A DNA stretch of 64,000 nucleotides from contig NC_068990.1 of assembly GCF_001194135.2 (NCBI RefSeq), forward strand, positions 69,418,585 through 69,482,584, written 5' to 3'. Below, piece by piece: positions 1 through 14,099 of the stretch (within the stretch, counting starts at the first letter, position 1; the number at the start of each line of letters is the position of its first letter). The stretch comes from Octopus bimaculoides (lineage: Eukaryota). The notes beneath the pieces are model-generated. The model had not been told where the DNA came from and did no database searches. It saw nothing but the letters and a program-made list of their open reading frames with translations. A program made the position numbers and the translations under genes.

Positions 1-233
1 TTTAGGGATTCACACAGGACAGACAGACAGACAGACAGACACACATTCTCATTTTTATATATATAGATAACATACATGTACACATTTTCTCTCTCCACAT
101 GCTCACTCTTCTAATAATTACACACACACACACACACACATAAACTAAGAACATATTTTATGTGATGATGCAGAAAACTCTCTGAGTTGTCTTACATTAC
201 ACATATCTGTTGAAACATAAGCACCACTCCTTC

Positions 234-278
<45 letters not shown>

Positions 279-309
279 TTACTATTGCTACTACTACTAC
301 TATTAGTAT

Positions 310-354
<45 letters not shown>

Positions 355-882
355 AGTTGCTATTACAAGACAGGGAATGTTTCAAAGATAGACAGAGAAG
401 ACAAACTAGAAACAGACAGAATTACATAATGGCCTTCTCTGAATAGGGCTCAAATGATTGAAGGGCTGGTTGTAACTCTTCACATTCACAGTCTGCAGCA
501 TTTTGTTTTTGGTTAAGATGGCATGGTGTGTGTAGTTAAAGAATCAGCAGCTAAGAACTGTTCAGTGGGTTAGGTGATGGGGGTTATTGCGGGGGTGGGG
601 AGGAGAAGAAGTGGGAGTGGAAAGAAAATGTTAGCAATGTTGATTCCTTGGGTATCTTCTCCCTTTATTACATACTTAGAATCAATTGCAAAGATAAAGA
701 GATAAAGTTACCGAAATCAAGATTCTTCAAACAGATAAGTGGAAGAATTATTCTGTATTTCTACACTTCATTAAAAAAAAAATTTTCTTTTTCTTGCATT
801 TTGGAAAATAACTCAAATGAAATGTAAATAAATTCATCATGGTTTATTGCTTTTCATCATCAGCTTCATGTTAATGTGCACT

Positions 883-949
<67 letters not shown>

Positions 950-1445
950 NNNNNNNNNNNNNNNNNNNNNNNNNNNNNNNNNNNNNNNNNNNNNNNNNNN
1001 NNNNNNNNNNNNNNNNNNNNNNNNNNNNNNNNNNNNNNNNNNNNNNNNNNNNNNNNNNNNNNNNNNNNNNNNNNNNNNNNNNNNNNNNNNNNNNNNNNNN
1101 NNNNNNNNNNNNNNNNNNNNNNNNNNNNNNNNNNNNNNNNNNNNNNNNNNNNNNNNNNNNNNNNNNNNNNNNNNNNNNNNNNNNNNNNNNNNNNNNNNNN
1201 NNNNNNNNNNNNNNNNNNNNNNNNNNNNNNNNNNNNNNNNNNNNNNNNNNNNNNNNNNNNNNNNNNNNNNNNNNNNNNNNNNNNNNNNNNNNNNNNNNNN
1301 NNNNNNNNNNNNNNNNNNNNNNNNNNNNNNNNNNNNNNNNNNNNNNNNNNNNNNNNNNNNNNNNNNNNNNNNNNNNNNNNNNNNNNNNNNNNNNNNNNNN
1401 NNNNNNNNNNNNNNNNNNNNNNNNNNNNNNNNNNNNNNNNNNNNN

Positions 1446-1480
<35 letters not shown>

Positions 1481-1487
1481 ATATATA

Positions 1488-1975
1488 TAGGTGCAATAGG
1501 TAAATTGTTGCCATTTTTTTTTTTATTTTGTGCATGCACATTGTTTATTTTGGATTTTGTCAACTACACAGTATAGTAGGGTCGGTTGGGCGCCGTCTGT
1601 GAAAAAAACAGCATCATAACGCAATTCACTCAGCCAGAAATTTGGAAATGACATGCTGTACGGCTTGGCATTCACACCAAAAGCTTCAATACAAACATTA
1701 CAGATAGTTTGGGTGTCACACTGAGGACATATACAGAGAGTGATAAAAATCAAACATCCAGTCAACATCATGGCATTTGGAGTGGTCACTAGTGATGGTG
1801 ATATTATGCTTCCATTCATCTTCCCACACGGCCTCAGACTCAACACGAAGGCCTACATCGACCATCGAGTGCCCAGAGGAGGTAATGTTGCCCTAGGTCA
1901 AGAGGGTAGCTGTTGGAAGACCTTATCTCTGGCGATATGACTCCGTACCATGCCACACAAGCAGGAGATCCCTTT
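1488..1975 (+). mobile_element. Internally deleted Tc1/mariner-superfamily element
   Basis: Transposase-like KIKHPVNIMAFGVVTSDGDIMLPFIFPHGLRLNTKAY; 5' region homologous to the reverse complement of 3780-3965. Confidence 0.8.
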
Positions 1976-3159
1976 GCTCTGAAAGGATGAAAGGCAAAGT
2001 CAACCTTGGCGGAATTTGAAATCAGAATGTAACGGCAGATGAAATACTGCTAAGCATTTTGCCTGGCGTGTTAACATTTCTGCCATCCCGCCGCTTTAGA
2101 TGGGCCTATTTCTGTCTACCAAAGCTACTCACAGGGCCTTCGTCAGTCTGAGGTTATAGTAGAAGACACTTTCCCAAGGTGCCATGCAGTGAGACTGAAC
2201 CCTCAACTGTGTGGTTAAGAAGCAAGCTTCTTATCACACAGCCACACCTGTGCCTATATTCACACAACCACGCCTGTGCTGTGTCACACGGTTACATCAT
2301 ACTTTTTTCTTTATATGCATAAATGTATTAACATTGAATGTGACACACCCTAGGTAAACTCAAGGAGGTAATGCCAGCTATTCACTAAAGAGAAACACCA
2401 TGTTACAAACCAAACAATCCGAAACTTTTAAACAAAAGAACGGAAATATCAAAATTGCATTATGAAAACAAATCTAAACATGGCAAACCACAGCAGTAGA
2501 ATAAAACCTGATTGATCAAACACATGTAAACAAGTGGGACTGATATTATACATTTACACTGTTGCAGTTTCATAGTACTAACTGTTAATGATATTTCTGT
2601 TAGAATTTTTTAAATGACTTTGTTGATATGCCATCTGAAGTATGGAAGAAAATCTGATGTAAAACTGAAGATATGTAAAACTGAAGATATGTAAAATTGA
2701 AGATATGTAAAACTTTAACGTGTGCCTGTGTGTGTAGGGTGCGGTGAGTAAACTGTCGTCTAAATTACGCAAGAATGAAAATAACACCGACATCTCATTT
2801 TAACAGATATTGTTTTATTCTTTAGTCAAACAAATCATCCCCAGGACTTATTCTTTGTAAGTCTAGTACTTATTCTATCAGTCTCTTTTACTGAACCGCT
2901 AGGTGACAGGGACATAAACGCACCAGTAGCAGTTATCAACTGATGGTGGTAGGACAAACACAGACACACAAACACACCTACATGACAGGCTTCTTTAAGT
3001 TGCTGTCTACCAAATCTACTCACAAGGCTTTGGTTGGCATGAGGCTATAGTAGAAGACACTTGCCCAAAGTAACATGCAGTGGGACTGAATCCGGAACCA
3101 TTTGGTTGGTAAGTAAAGTACTTACTACACAGCCATGCCTGCACCTATATATTTACCAA

Positions 3160-3965
3160 AATTACATAAAAATATCTCAAAATACTAAAGAGTAAATTTA
3201 TTCAATAAAATCGCCATTGGCTTCAACCATGGCCTCCAGACAACTCCGGAATCTTCAGCAACTCTTCTGGTTGATGGTCTCCTTGTTTAAGCTGGTGAAT
3301 GCTGCCATAATCCTTGCCTTCAGTTCATTTTTGGTGTTACAAGGAGTTCTGTTGGTCTCTTGCTCAAGTGCACCTCACACATAATAATCAAGGGGTTTGC
3401 AGTCTGGGGAATTAGATAGCCAGATGTTGGGGGGTGATGTGGTCACAGAAATTGTCTGATAGCCATGACTGGGTACTCCTGCTTTTGTGGCATGGTGCAG
3501 AGTCCTGTTGCCAAACATAGGGTCTTCCAGCAGCTACCCTCTTGACTCAGTGCAGTACTATCTGCTCTATGTACTTGGTGTAAGCCTCCATGTCGAGTCT
3601 GAGGCCATGTGGGAAGATGAATTGAAGCATAACACTACCATCACTAGTGATCATTCTAAGCACCATGATGTTGACCAGATGTTTGATTTTTATCACTCTC
3701 AGTATATGTCCTCAGATTGTATTGCCCTCAGATTGACACTCAAGCACTCTGAAATGTTAGTATGGGAACTTCCAACATGAATGCTAAGCCATACAGCGTG
3801 TCATTTCCAAATTTCTGGCTGAGTGAATTGCATCATGGTGCTGTGTTTCTCACAGACAGTGCCCAACTGACCCTAATATACTGTATAGTCGGCAAAATCA
3901 AAAACATTCTGCATGCATAAAATTAAAAGTATAAAATGATAATAATTTGCCCATTGCACCCTGTA
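3160..3965 (-). mobile_element. Internally deleted Tc1/mariner-superfamily element, same family as 1488-1975
   Basis: Minus strand gives PNSPDCKPLDYY...NRTPCNTKNELKARIMAAFTNL...FRSCLEAMVEANGDFIE*; one end reads TA-CAGGGTGCAATGGGC. Confidence 0.85.
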
Positions 3966-3969
3966 TGTG

Positions 3970-4005
<36 letters not shown>

Positions 4006-4019
4006 CGTGCGTGTGTAGT

Positions 4020-4736
4020 TAAATCTATAATGAACCTTATAAATAACCACTGTAATATGAATACAAAATACTCAGAAATCTTTAGTAATAAAATTAGAAT
4101 AGGCCATAGCCTAACTAGCAACCTAGCTACTATTATAACCTCTATTAACTATAAAAAGCTAGACTCCTTCTCCAAAACTAGGAAGAATAACAATAATAAT
4201 CACAACAACCAGTCGATTGGTATAATAAGCAGTCCCCCAAATAACTCACCCTCTAAAAATACGGACAACCACCTTATAAATGATAATGCCCCTCACCCTA
4301 TTATAGGCACAGATAATCTTACTAATCTATGTGGTTGCATTGTGAATTCATGAATAAACGTAAAACTAAGAATGTAATCTACCAATTTGATGTATTCTCC
4401 AATAACTACAAGAATACTTATATAGAAGCAACTAAAAATGAAATGAAACTTAGATATAATTCCCATTTCTCAAGCCTCAGGAATAGAAATAAGGCTAACT
4501 CTACTGGATTAAACAGTTACATCTGGGAACTTAAAGATAATAACATTAATTATAGATTAGAATGGCACATCCTAACCAAAGTATCTTCATACAACCATAA
4601 AAATAAATGCTGCAATTTATGCATAAATGAGAAATTCTTCATTTTAATGGCCAAATCAGAATTACTTATAAAACAAGATGAGAAAAGCATAGCATGCTTA
4701 CATAAAGATAAATTCTTATTCTCTAAATACCACTAA
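4020..4736 (+). mobile_element. Penelope-like retroelement C-terminal fragment with a degenerate GIY-YIG endonuclease
   Basis: KTKNVIYQ...TYIEAT...KLRYNSH...LNSYIWELK...CNLCINEKFFIL...CLHKDKFL, with an upstream Cys linker reached across a frameshift. Confidence 0.75.
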
Positions 4737-5953
4737 TACCTACCTTTACATTACAGTTTATTAGCTGACTTGTCTTAAGCTATGATTACCTCCCTTTGAC
4801 CCACCCTCTTACCACATAGCATGATATAATATAATATAAATCAATTATATTCAATTTACTTCGACTAACTGAATTATTGATCTGAGTTGCATAATGTACA
4901 CCCGGAGCTATAATTCTCTTTAAATTCATTGCTGGTGCTGCCATTAACATATATACAATTAAATGAGCCATTTATCCTATTCTAGCCGAGTTGATTTGTT
5001 TTGATTACATTAACGAGTAGTAAACCCTGGCCACGCATAACAACACTTTATTTATTTGTTACACCTATTTATATAACCCAGATTTATACCATTTATCGCA
5101 CTTAAATTTTTAAGAGTGTCCTTAATTTTTAACTAGGGCATTATTTGTAATCATTGGGACTTATCTAGTGGACTCAAATAGCCTTATTTGTTATGATTAA
5201 TAATAATGGATATTACTACCAGGTATAACTCTTTTAACTAACACTGCCAATCAACTGGTCATTTTCCTCACTTAGTGCTCCATTCATCTTCTTGAAGCAA
5301 CTGTACGCACACATGCCATCTTTTAAGGACACAAAAATGTAAGCCTAAAGACCTAGCAAACCTTTTCCTTTTTGTCTTTTCCTTTTCTTTTTTCCCTTTT
5401 TCTCCTGTCAACATCCAATCTCCTGTCAATATTCTTCTGGTAAAGTTCAAATCATTCGGATGATGTGTTACATAGAACAAGATAAATTCTAGCTTACCTC
5501 AAAAATAACAAACTGAAACAGCTGTAAATGTTATCTTAACCATAATCAAACTATGATCATTCAATGCTAATGATCAACTTCTAATTGTTACATGTTGCTC
5601 TATTTCTTATCTTATCTGAATATATTAAATCATGGTTTACCCTTTAAATTACCAACTACTGTTAACCTTACAGCAAGGCCTATACATAGTTAGGTAATAC
5701 ACCAGTAATTCCTACAGATACATTTATTCCTCAGACGGTTGCATAGCGTCTAACTCATAATTTCTCTTTCTCTCTCTCTAATATATCATAGGTGTAGGAA
5801 TGGATGTGTGGTTAAGAAGTTTGCTTCCTAATAATATGGTTTTAAGTTCAGTCTCACTACACAGTATCTTGGGCAAGTGTTTTCTGCAATAACCTCAGGT
5901 CAGTGAAGGCCTTGTGATTGGGTTTGGTAGATGGAGATTGAAAAGAGCCCATC

Positions 5954-5987
<34 letters not shown>

Positions 5988-6774
5988 AAATGCATTGAAG
6001 GGGAAAAAAAAAAGAAGGGAAGCCATTTTCATGGTAATAATGTTCTTTTTTGGCACTTGTTGTTTCACAAAATCTTCCCTTCCCTTAACATTCAACAACA
6101 ATGAAATATTATATCTTACTGTATAATATAGTTCTTAGGTGTACTATTGACAACATTTAACTCTCTATTGTTAGCACTGAGTGTGTAATAATCCCTGTCA
6201 TCAGGGGAAAGGTAACTTGTCAGTTTATTACAATTGTAAGCTGACCTTTTCTCTTAGAAGGGGTCAGTTTGTTCTGTTTTGTTTTTTAAAACTAACCCTA
6301 TTGTCATCTTTGACCTTAATATAGCACAATAAATATCTGTCTTTTTTGGATGTACTTTGTTTAGTGAGAGGGAAGGAAAGGTTTTGATATTGTTGATAAT
6401 TATAGATTAATCTTATATATATATAAACTCCTAGATAGACAATGAGAAGGAAAGCTAACAAAAAGCATAAAAACAAAAAAAAATAGAATCACTTTATTCT
6501 CTTTTGCAGGAAGTAATGAAAGACACTGAGGAGACAAAACACACACACACACACAATACATAAAATACATAGATAATTAAAAAATATGATGGGTAAGCTG
6601 GAGGGTTCTACATGAAGTCAGCTACAAGAAGTTGTCTACAACAATTCCAGCTACAACAATTTATCTTTGTGTGGTTTTGTGTATGTATGTGGTTATATGT
6701 ATGTGTGTGTGGTTGTATGCATGTGTGTGTTTGGTTGTGTGTGTGCTTGTGTGTGTGTGCTTGTGTGTGTGTGC

Positions 6775-6839
<65 letters not shown>

Positions 6840-8541
6840 TTGTAGATATTCATGGGATACCATGGTGGCTGTATAAAACAAAAAAAAAGCAATGGTGGAA
6901 GATTGAATGGAGAATATGGGGTACAGTGGGGAGGAATTTATATGCAGTTTATGGGACAACAGATAAATATCATTATGGTTAGATAGGAAACTTATTGAAC
7001 CTTCTAGAAAACAATACAAAGACCTATAGTTTTGGCTCTAAAAGGTTCTGAAGTTGACCTCTTCAGTTCTCAGTCTTATTTTTGATGGTTTTTAAAATTT
7101 TTTTATTCCTATTTTATACAGATTACCTACCACATCAGCTTATTGTTTGTTTTCAGACATTTCCCTATTATTTTATTCTCATCAGACCTGCCAGAGTGAT
7201 TGACCAGACTCTTTCCTGCTTAAATAAACAGTTTCTTGTTTCTTCTTTGTCTCCAGTCTGTTTTATTTCCTTTATATTTCATGACTTGATTTAATTCTTT
7301 CTTTGTTAACAAACACTAATCATTCAGTTATATTTTACATCTATAGATTATTCCATGTATCTGTATACTGATTAAGGCTAAACTTTTGTCTCTTTCTGAG
7401 GATTTCTTATATGAATATCAGATATATTGTATTTACTTGTGTATAAGTTGCACCTGCCATTTAATGTTAAACTTTCATTGCTAGAAAATGTTGCACTAAA
7501 ACATTGTAATATGCACCACAATGTCACACCCAGTACTGTCTTAGTAGTATTATAGACACCTCCCCCTTAGAAAGCAGTACATGGTGACCCCTACATATAC
7601 AAACTTGCATAGATCAGTGTCAGTCAAGGCCCCCTACCTGGGCAACTGCCCAGCCCATACCTTAAGGCACTCCATTCAGTATATTTTATTGTATATCCAG
7701 TGCCACCCTGATCACTCTCAGTCTCTTTTCTAAAATATGAGTAGTCTTGTAGCTCGTCTACAGCAAGAAGCTTGTTATACTCTGGTCCCTTCTTTCACAC
7801 TTTTACTCCTCGTATCTTCACTGCCTAATTGGGGTTTATGGTGTTGCTGGTGGCACAAAAATGCAATCAGTACATGCTGTAAAGTGGTTAGTGTTAGGAA
7901 GAGCATCCAGCTGTAGAAACTATGCCAAAGTAGACACTAGAGTACAATGCAGTCCTTGTACCCATTGGATCCTATCCTGTCAAACCATTTAACTGATGCC
8001 AACAAGGAACATGGATGTTCAGTGATGATGATTGAGGCTTGATAGTTTTTGTATAATGAGAATGGAAGATATCAGATGTATTGAAAGTGACTTCAGCATT
8101 TCTACATATATTTGTTTTGTGAAGAAATGGTAAATAAATTTACTTCGCCGTCAAATGGTTTCAGAGTCAGTTCTGCTGATTGGGCATTTGAGCAAATGAC
8201 TTCTCTTATTGCCCCAGGCCAACATAAGTGGATTTGGTTGATGGAAATTCAAAGAAGCTTTCTTATTTAATCTCATCGCACCTGTATATGTAAGTGAGTG
8301 AGTGTGTGTGGATACGGGATGTTTATGTTTCTTTGTTTTGACAACATGTGATAGTTGTACATGATTGTCACAGTTATCACAGGCAGTGCCATTCATTTTT
8401 CAATATTCTGCAAAAGCATTTTTGACCATGAAGTATATATTATCTTGCATGGAGACAGGCTAAGTTTGGTTACAATGACATCTAGCCATAAAAAATTTGC
8501 CTCGGTAAACTCCAACCAACCCATACATATAATGTATATAT

Positions 8542-8583
<42 letters not shown>

Positions 8584-8681
8584 ACACACACACACACACA
8601 TATACATGCACATGTGTGTGTGTGTGTGAATTAAGTTTAGCCAGTTTTATGTGTACAACATCCTGCACCCATAGGTGCATG

Positions 8682-8826
8682 CATGGCTGTGAGGTAAGAA
8701 GTTTGCTTCCCAACCACACGGTTCTGGGTTCAGTCCCACTGTGTGACACCTTGGGCAAGTGTCCTCTACTATAGCCTCAGGTCAACCAAAGTGGATTTGG
8801 TAGACGGAAACTGAAAGAAGCTTGTC

Positions 8827-8867
<41 letters not shown>

Positions 8868-9045
8868 TGCCTGTGTTTGTACCCCACATCACTGCTTGTA
8901 GCTTACTGGTTCAGCCAAAGAGACTGACAGAATAAACACTAGGCTTTAAAAAAAAAAAGAGTCCCGAGATTGATTTGTTCAACTAAACACTGTCAAAGCA
9001 GTGCTCCAGTATGGCCACAGTCAGATGGCTGAAACAAGTAAAATA
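8682..9045 (+). mobile_element. tRNA-derived SINE family A (my label), with a central (GT)n tract
   Basis: Approximate further copies: 2100-2290(-), 2830-3145(-), 5795-5960(+), 11995-12165(-), 20560-21140(-), 36425-36860(-), 38488-38880(+), 46690-47035(+), 49300-49430(+), 54310-54460(+), 56880-57222(+), 59722-60065(+). Confidence 0.85.
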
Positions 9046-9326
9046 TGTGTGAGCATGTCTAGATACGCCACTATATGCATGAGAATACATACATACATAC
9101 ATACATACATACATACATACATACATACATACATACATACATACATACATACATACATGCATGCATGCATGCATACATGCATGCATGCCTACCTACCTAC
9201 CTACCTATCTACCTATGTGATACTGTTACCATTTAAAAAAATTCCTGTACTGAATATTTCGCCACTTTCTGCTCATGCAAACACTTGAAGCTATTAGCAC
9301 AACTGCCAAAGATTCCCAAATACGTA

Positions 9327-10607
9327 TTGGGTCATCCTATAAATAATGCAGTTTTTCCAATTGCATGAACTAAAGGACAGAGCAGGTTGGGATAAACTAC
9401 CTGCATCAACTTGCTATAGAAGCAGGTAGTAATTGTACCTTGTTGTTATTCTTAATGCAAATTTTGAAGTTTGTAGTTTGATTGTAACAGTTATTTTTTC
9501 AAAGGTATAATGGAAGTAACAAAGGAGCATATTCAACATATTTTGCTTTATGAGTTCAATAAAGGCAACAATGCAACGGAAAATGTGAAGAACATTAATG
9601 CAGTATATGGGGATCAGACAATAAGTGTAAGCCAGTGTCAATGGTGGTTCCAGAATTTCAGAGCCAGAAACTACAGTCTCGAAGATGACCCTCATCTTGC
9701 AAGATCTGTAGAGCTTGATGAGGATGTCCTGCAAACCCTGGTGGAACTAAAACCCATCATAACTGTTGACGAACTAATAGAGAAGCTTGGATTTGGTCAT
9801 TCAGCTATTCATTGACACCTGCATGCCATTGTCAGCAAATTGGGTCAATGGGTTCCTCACAAACCTTCAAAGTCTAATTGTGTGCAGAGATTGAATGTGT
9901 GCTTTTCTTTGCTGTAACATCTCATGAATGAACCTTTTTTGGACCAAATAGTGATTGGTGATGGAGAAATTGGTTCTCTATAAAAATGTCAAACACTGAA
10001 GACAGTGGGTAGGGAAAGAAGAAACACTGGCACCCAAGGTTAATGAAGGTCTTCACCCACCTAAGTTGTTGCTATCTGTTTGGTGGAATATGAAAGGTTT
10101 AGTCCACTTTGAACTTTTAAACCCAAACTGAATGATAACAAAGCATATCTACTGCAAGCAGCCTGAGCGGCTTAAGTCAGCACCAGAAGATAATTACCAT
10201 CTTTGGTTCCAAGACAATGCTCAGTCACATACAGTAAAAATGACATTCCAAAGGCTGGAGCAGTTTGACTGGGAAACAATGCTCCACCCACCATATTCAT
10301 GAGACATTGCCCCATTTGGTTATCATTTAGTAAATGGGGCAATGTCTTCAAAATGTTTCCACAGTCTTCAAAATCATTTGGACAGAAAAAATATGAATTC
10401 TGTAGACGAGGTCAGAACAGTACTGGAGGAGTATTTTTCATCACTGATAAGTGAATTTTAGAAGAGGGGCCTTGCAAGTCTACCAGATAGATGGATCATT
10501 GTAGAAAATGAAAGAGAGTATACTTTAGATTAAAACAGAACTTTGTTTATCTTAATTTTGAAAAATAAAGAAGTATAAAAAACCGCATTATTTATGGGAT
10601 GACCCAA
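9327..10607 (+). mobile_element. Full-length inactive mariner transposon
   Basis: 30-bp TIRs TTGGGTCATCC(T/C)ATAAATAATGC(A/G)GTTTTT, TA on both flanks, 1281 bp; disrupted transposase from MEVTKEH at 9510 to about 10533, including PHPPYS...IAP. Confidence 0.95.
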
Positions 10608-11129
10608 TACAAGTTCGAGTTGTTTTATAGTTTTCCCAATGAACCCACTTAAACCTATTGTCTCATGAAGTCATCCCCACAAATAGCAAATAAACTTTTA
10701 TCCTGGAACTCTGATTCATTAGCATGGGGTCTATAAAATGTTATTTCCCCAAAATGATTAAACCAAACTTTATTTAATCATAAAACGTTATCCATTCAGT
10801 GCAGAGCTTTCAGAACTGGGCAGCTAGTCATTTTTGTAATGTTTCTATCTAATTGTCATTATTAGCATGACCTTTTTCTGTATTGCTTTTTGATCTGCTT
10901 TTTTTTTTGTTTCCTATTATTATTTTTATCTTTTATTTCTTACTTATTTCACTCATGAGACAGTGTAATGCTGGGGTACCACCTTAAAGATCTTACTTGA
11001 ACAATTTGACCCCAATACTTACTTTTTAAGTGTAGTACTTATCCTCTTGATCATTTTTGTCCAAACTGCTAAGTCATAAAGATGTAAACACTGGTTATTA
11101 AGCAGTAGGGTGGGACAAACATATACATG

Positions 11130-11176
<47 letters not shown>

Positions 11177-11706
11177 AAAGTTGAATAGACATACATGAGG
11201 TGTGTGTTGTAAGTTCATCGGATGGCTGCATTTTTTAGGCATATAAGAATATATTCCCAATGCCTTTTGTGTTTATAACACCTGAAAGCAAGTCATAGCC
11301 AAGCGAGACAACTCACATCAAATCCCTGTTTTGGGAGTGACAGACATTGATGTTTCGTCATCTTTTTGACTTGTCAATGCCACATACTGCACAGGGTTTG
11401 GTGTGAACTATCTAATTGGCTATGACTCTATATTGAATGATTTAAGAACCATCTGCTCGTATTTCCCAACATGTCATGCCATGGGAAAAATATGAATTAG
11501 AAGCAGCTCGAGGAATATAAACAAAGTCAAACACACATACATGAGGTGTGTGTGTTGTTGGTTCTTCAGATGGCTATGTTTTTTAGGCGTAAGAGAATAT
11601 ATTCTCAATACCCTTTGCGCAAAAACACCCGAAACCAAGTCACAGCCAAGTAAGACAACTCACATTAAATCCCTTTTCTCGGAGCAACATACATCAATGT
11701 TTTGTC

Positions 11707-11768
<62 letters not shown>

Positions 11769-11769
<1 letters not shown>

Positions 11770-11895
11770 CGGACGGACGGACGGACGGACGGACGGACGG
11801 ACGGACGGACGGACGGACGGACGGACGGACGGACGGACGGACGGACGGACGGACGGACGGACGGACGGACGGACGGACGGACGGACGGACGGACG

Positions 11896-11972
<77 letters not shown>
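11769..11972 (+). repeat. Compound microsatellite (GGAC)n then (AGAC)n
   Basis: Read directly; preceded by (TA)n(GA)n. Confidence 0.95.
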
Positions 11973-11973
<1 letters not shown>

Positions 11974-14099
11974 TACTTTGACTGATAGACAGACAGACCG
12001 GCTTCCATTGCCAAATTCTCTCACTTTCTGTCAGCCAAATTCACCCACAAAGCATTGGTTGGCCTGACGCTATAGTAGAAGATACTTGTCCAAGGTGCCA
12101 TGCAGTGGGACTGAACACAAAACCATGTGGTTACAAAGCAAACTTCTTAACCACACAACCATATCTGCTCTTATTGATTTCTTCTTGTGAAAGAAAGCCA
12201 GATTTTTTCAGGAGCGGAATAAATATAGATAACCAAAAATATATTTCAATATTTTAAATCTTAAGCATTTGAACCAACTATGTCTGGCCCAAGTATTCTA
12301 CCTTTTTTTATGTTCAAACTAGCCAGATCTGTCATCTCACACCTGCTCTGCAATGTTATTTCAAAAAATAAACAATCACATCATCAAAATCTCATAGCTA
12401 CAAGATAAGCATGATTAATTCTAAACAATGTGAATAAATAAGCATTACATTTGACAGAGTAATCTGAATGCCAGATGGTTAATGTTACTTATTTTGTTTT
12501 AATAAGAACATGGTTAATCTTCCCCACTAAAATGAACGACAAACAAAGCCATGCCAGGTTTTGAACTCAGAAAACTGACACAAGTTCAGATATAATAACA
12601 ATGTTGTTGCATTCTTTTGTCAGTCATCATTATCATCATTATCATCACTATCATCCTGTAATGTCCATTTTCTCTGCTGGCATGGGTTTGGATGATTTGA
12701 CTAGAGCTGGGAAGCTGCACCAGGTTCCAGTCTGATTTGGCTTGGTTTCTACTGTCTCGACTTTACAATGTGTACTGGGTGCTTTTATTGTTCCACCAGC
12801 ACAAGCACTTTCATGTGGCACTGGAACAAGTGTTTTTTTACGTGATACTGGCACAGGACTCTTGCAGGCCAGTCCTCTTCATCAGGGGAAGCAGTCCTAA
12901 CACTTCTGCTGCGGAGGATGAGTCTTCTTGAGTCTTTTGTCATTTCGTCCAAAAGGTTCAGCATTCTGAACCTTGAAATCAGCTTTTAGCACTTTTGTCT
13001 ATGCCTTCCTTGGTCTTCATCTTCCACACATTCTTGTCTCTTCTTTGCACATCTATTGTCCTCCATATACATGTGTCCTTAGCCAATGCAGTCTTTGGCT
13101 TTGCATTCTACAAGTCAAAAAAGTGATGCACAGTAGCAGAGATGGAGGGATAGAAAAGTAAATATAATGACTAAGTTTAGGCTTGCAGGTTTTAAAGCTG
13201 GGATTTATCTCACAGACAGAAACAACTGACGTTTATCTCGGAAGAGACAGAACAGACATTGTTCTAAATAATAAGTAAATGATTAAGTCATTGAAGTATA
13301 TATCCCACTTCCTTGGGAACTGGAAAAGTTCCAATGAAGAAAGCATTTCCAATGTCAAGACACCAAAAATAATAGCATAGATCTTTAAAAATTGGCATCT
13401 TATAGTTTTGGAGGTAAAAAAAAAGACATGGCTTGATGGTAAGACAAGTTACTGAATGTGAATGAGTTGCTTGGCAGATTTCATGCTTCAATGAAACAGA
13501 ATGGCAGGAACTAGTTTCATATTTAGAAGGTGGAAAGTTTGCAGAAAGATTTTACCAAACTTAATGGAAGCTGTCTGAATGAGAGGTGCCAACAGATAGC
13601 AGTACTTGCGTTATCTATAATTAAAATGCAATGTTGACAGCTGCTGCAAACTACTTGCACAAATGTAACTAAAGAATATGTGCATTTGTGTAAGAAATCC
13701 TTTCTGCAAGTGAATTTTGAAACTGTACAATAATTATAAGAATGACATTCTCTTTACAACCTTGTGATTTGGTACTCATTCCTTCAACACAGCACCTTCT
13801 ACTATATAGTCCTGCAAAGAGAGAATTTAGTAACCCTTGTTTGTCATTCAGTAGATTCATACCCCTACTCTAATCCATAACTATTCCTCACTTTCTCCAC
13901 ACATATTTGCAATACCTACTCTTCCATCTTTTCTGTTCTTCTGCCCCTAAGGTCCGCTCTGACACACCGTCATTACTATCTTTATCTCTCTTTCCAAGTC
14001 CACATTGATTATTCCCACCCATTCTTGTATAATGTAACCACCTGTATGTCTCTCGTACAGCAAGAAACCTGTTCCAGCCCCTTCCTTCATACTCTTACC

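Noticed and set aside
197-1563. Long ORFs of poly-L/S, ER, HT/CV or X residues here and throughout the track
   Set aside because: They are translations of microsatellites and N-gaps, not genes.
4329-4353. TGA near the Cys linker of the Penelope-like fragment as possible selenocysteine
   Set aside because: The TGA is out of frame with the GIY-YIG reading once the local frameshift is accounted for, and no SECIS was recognised.
13230-13560. Faint PWE-like motif suggesting another endonuclease retroelement
   Set aside because: Too degenerate; there is no sustained frame or second motif.
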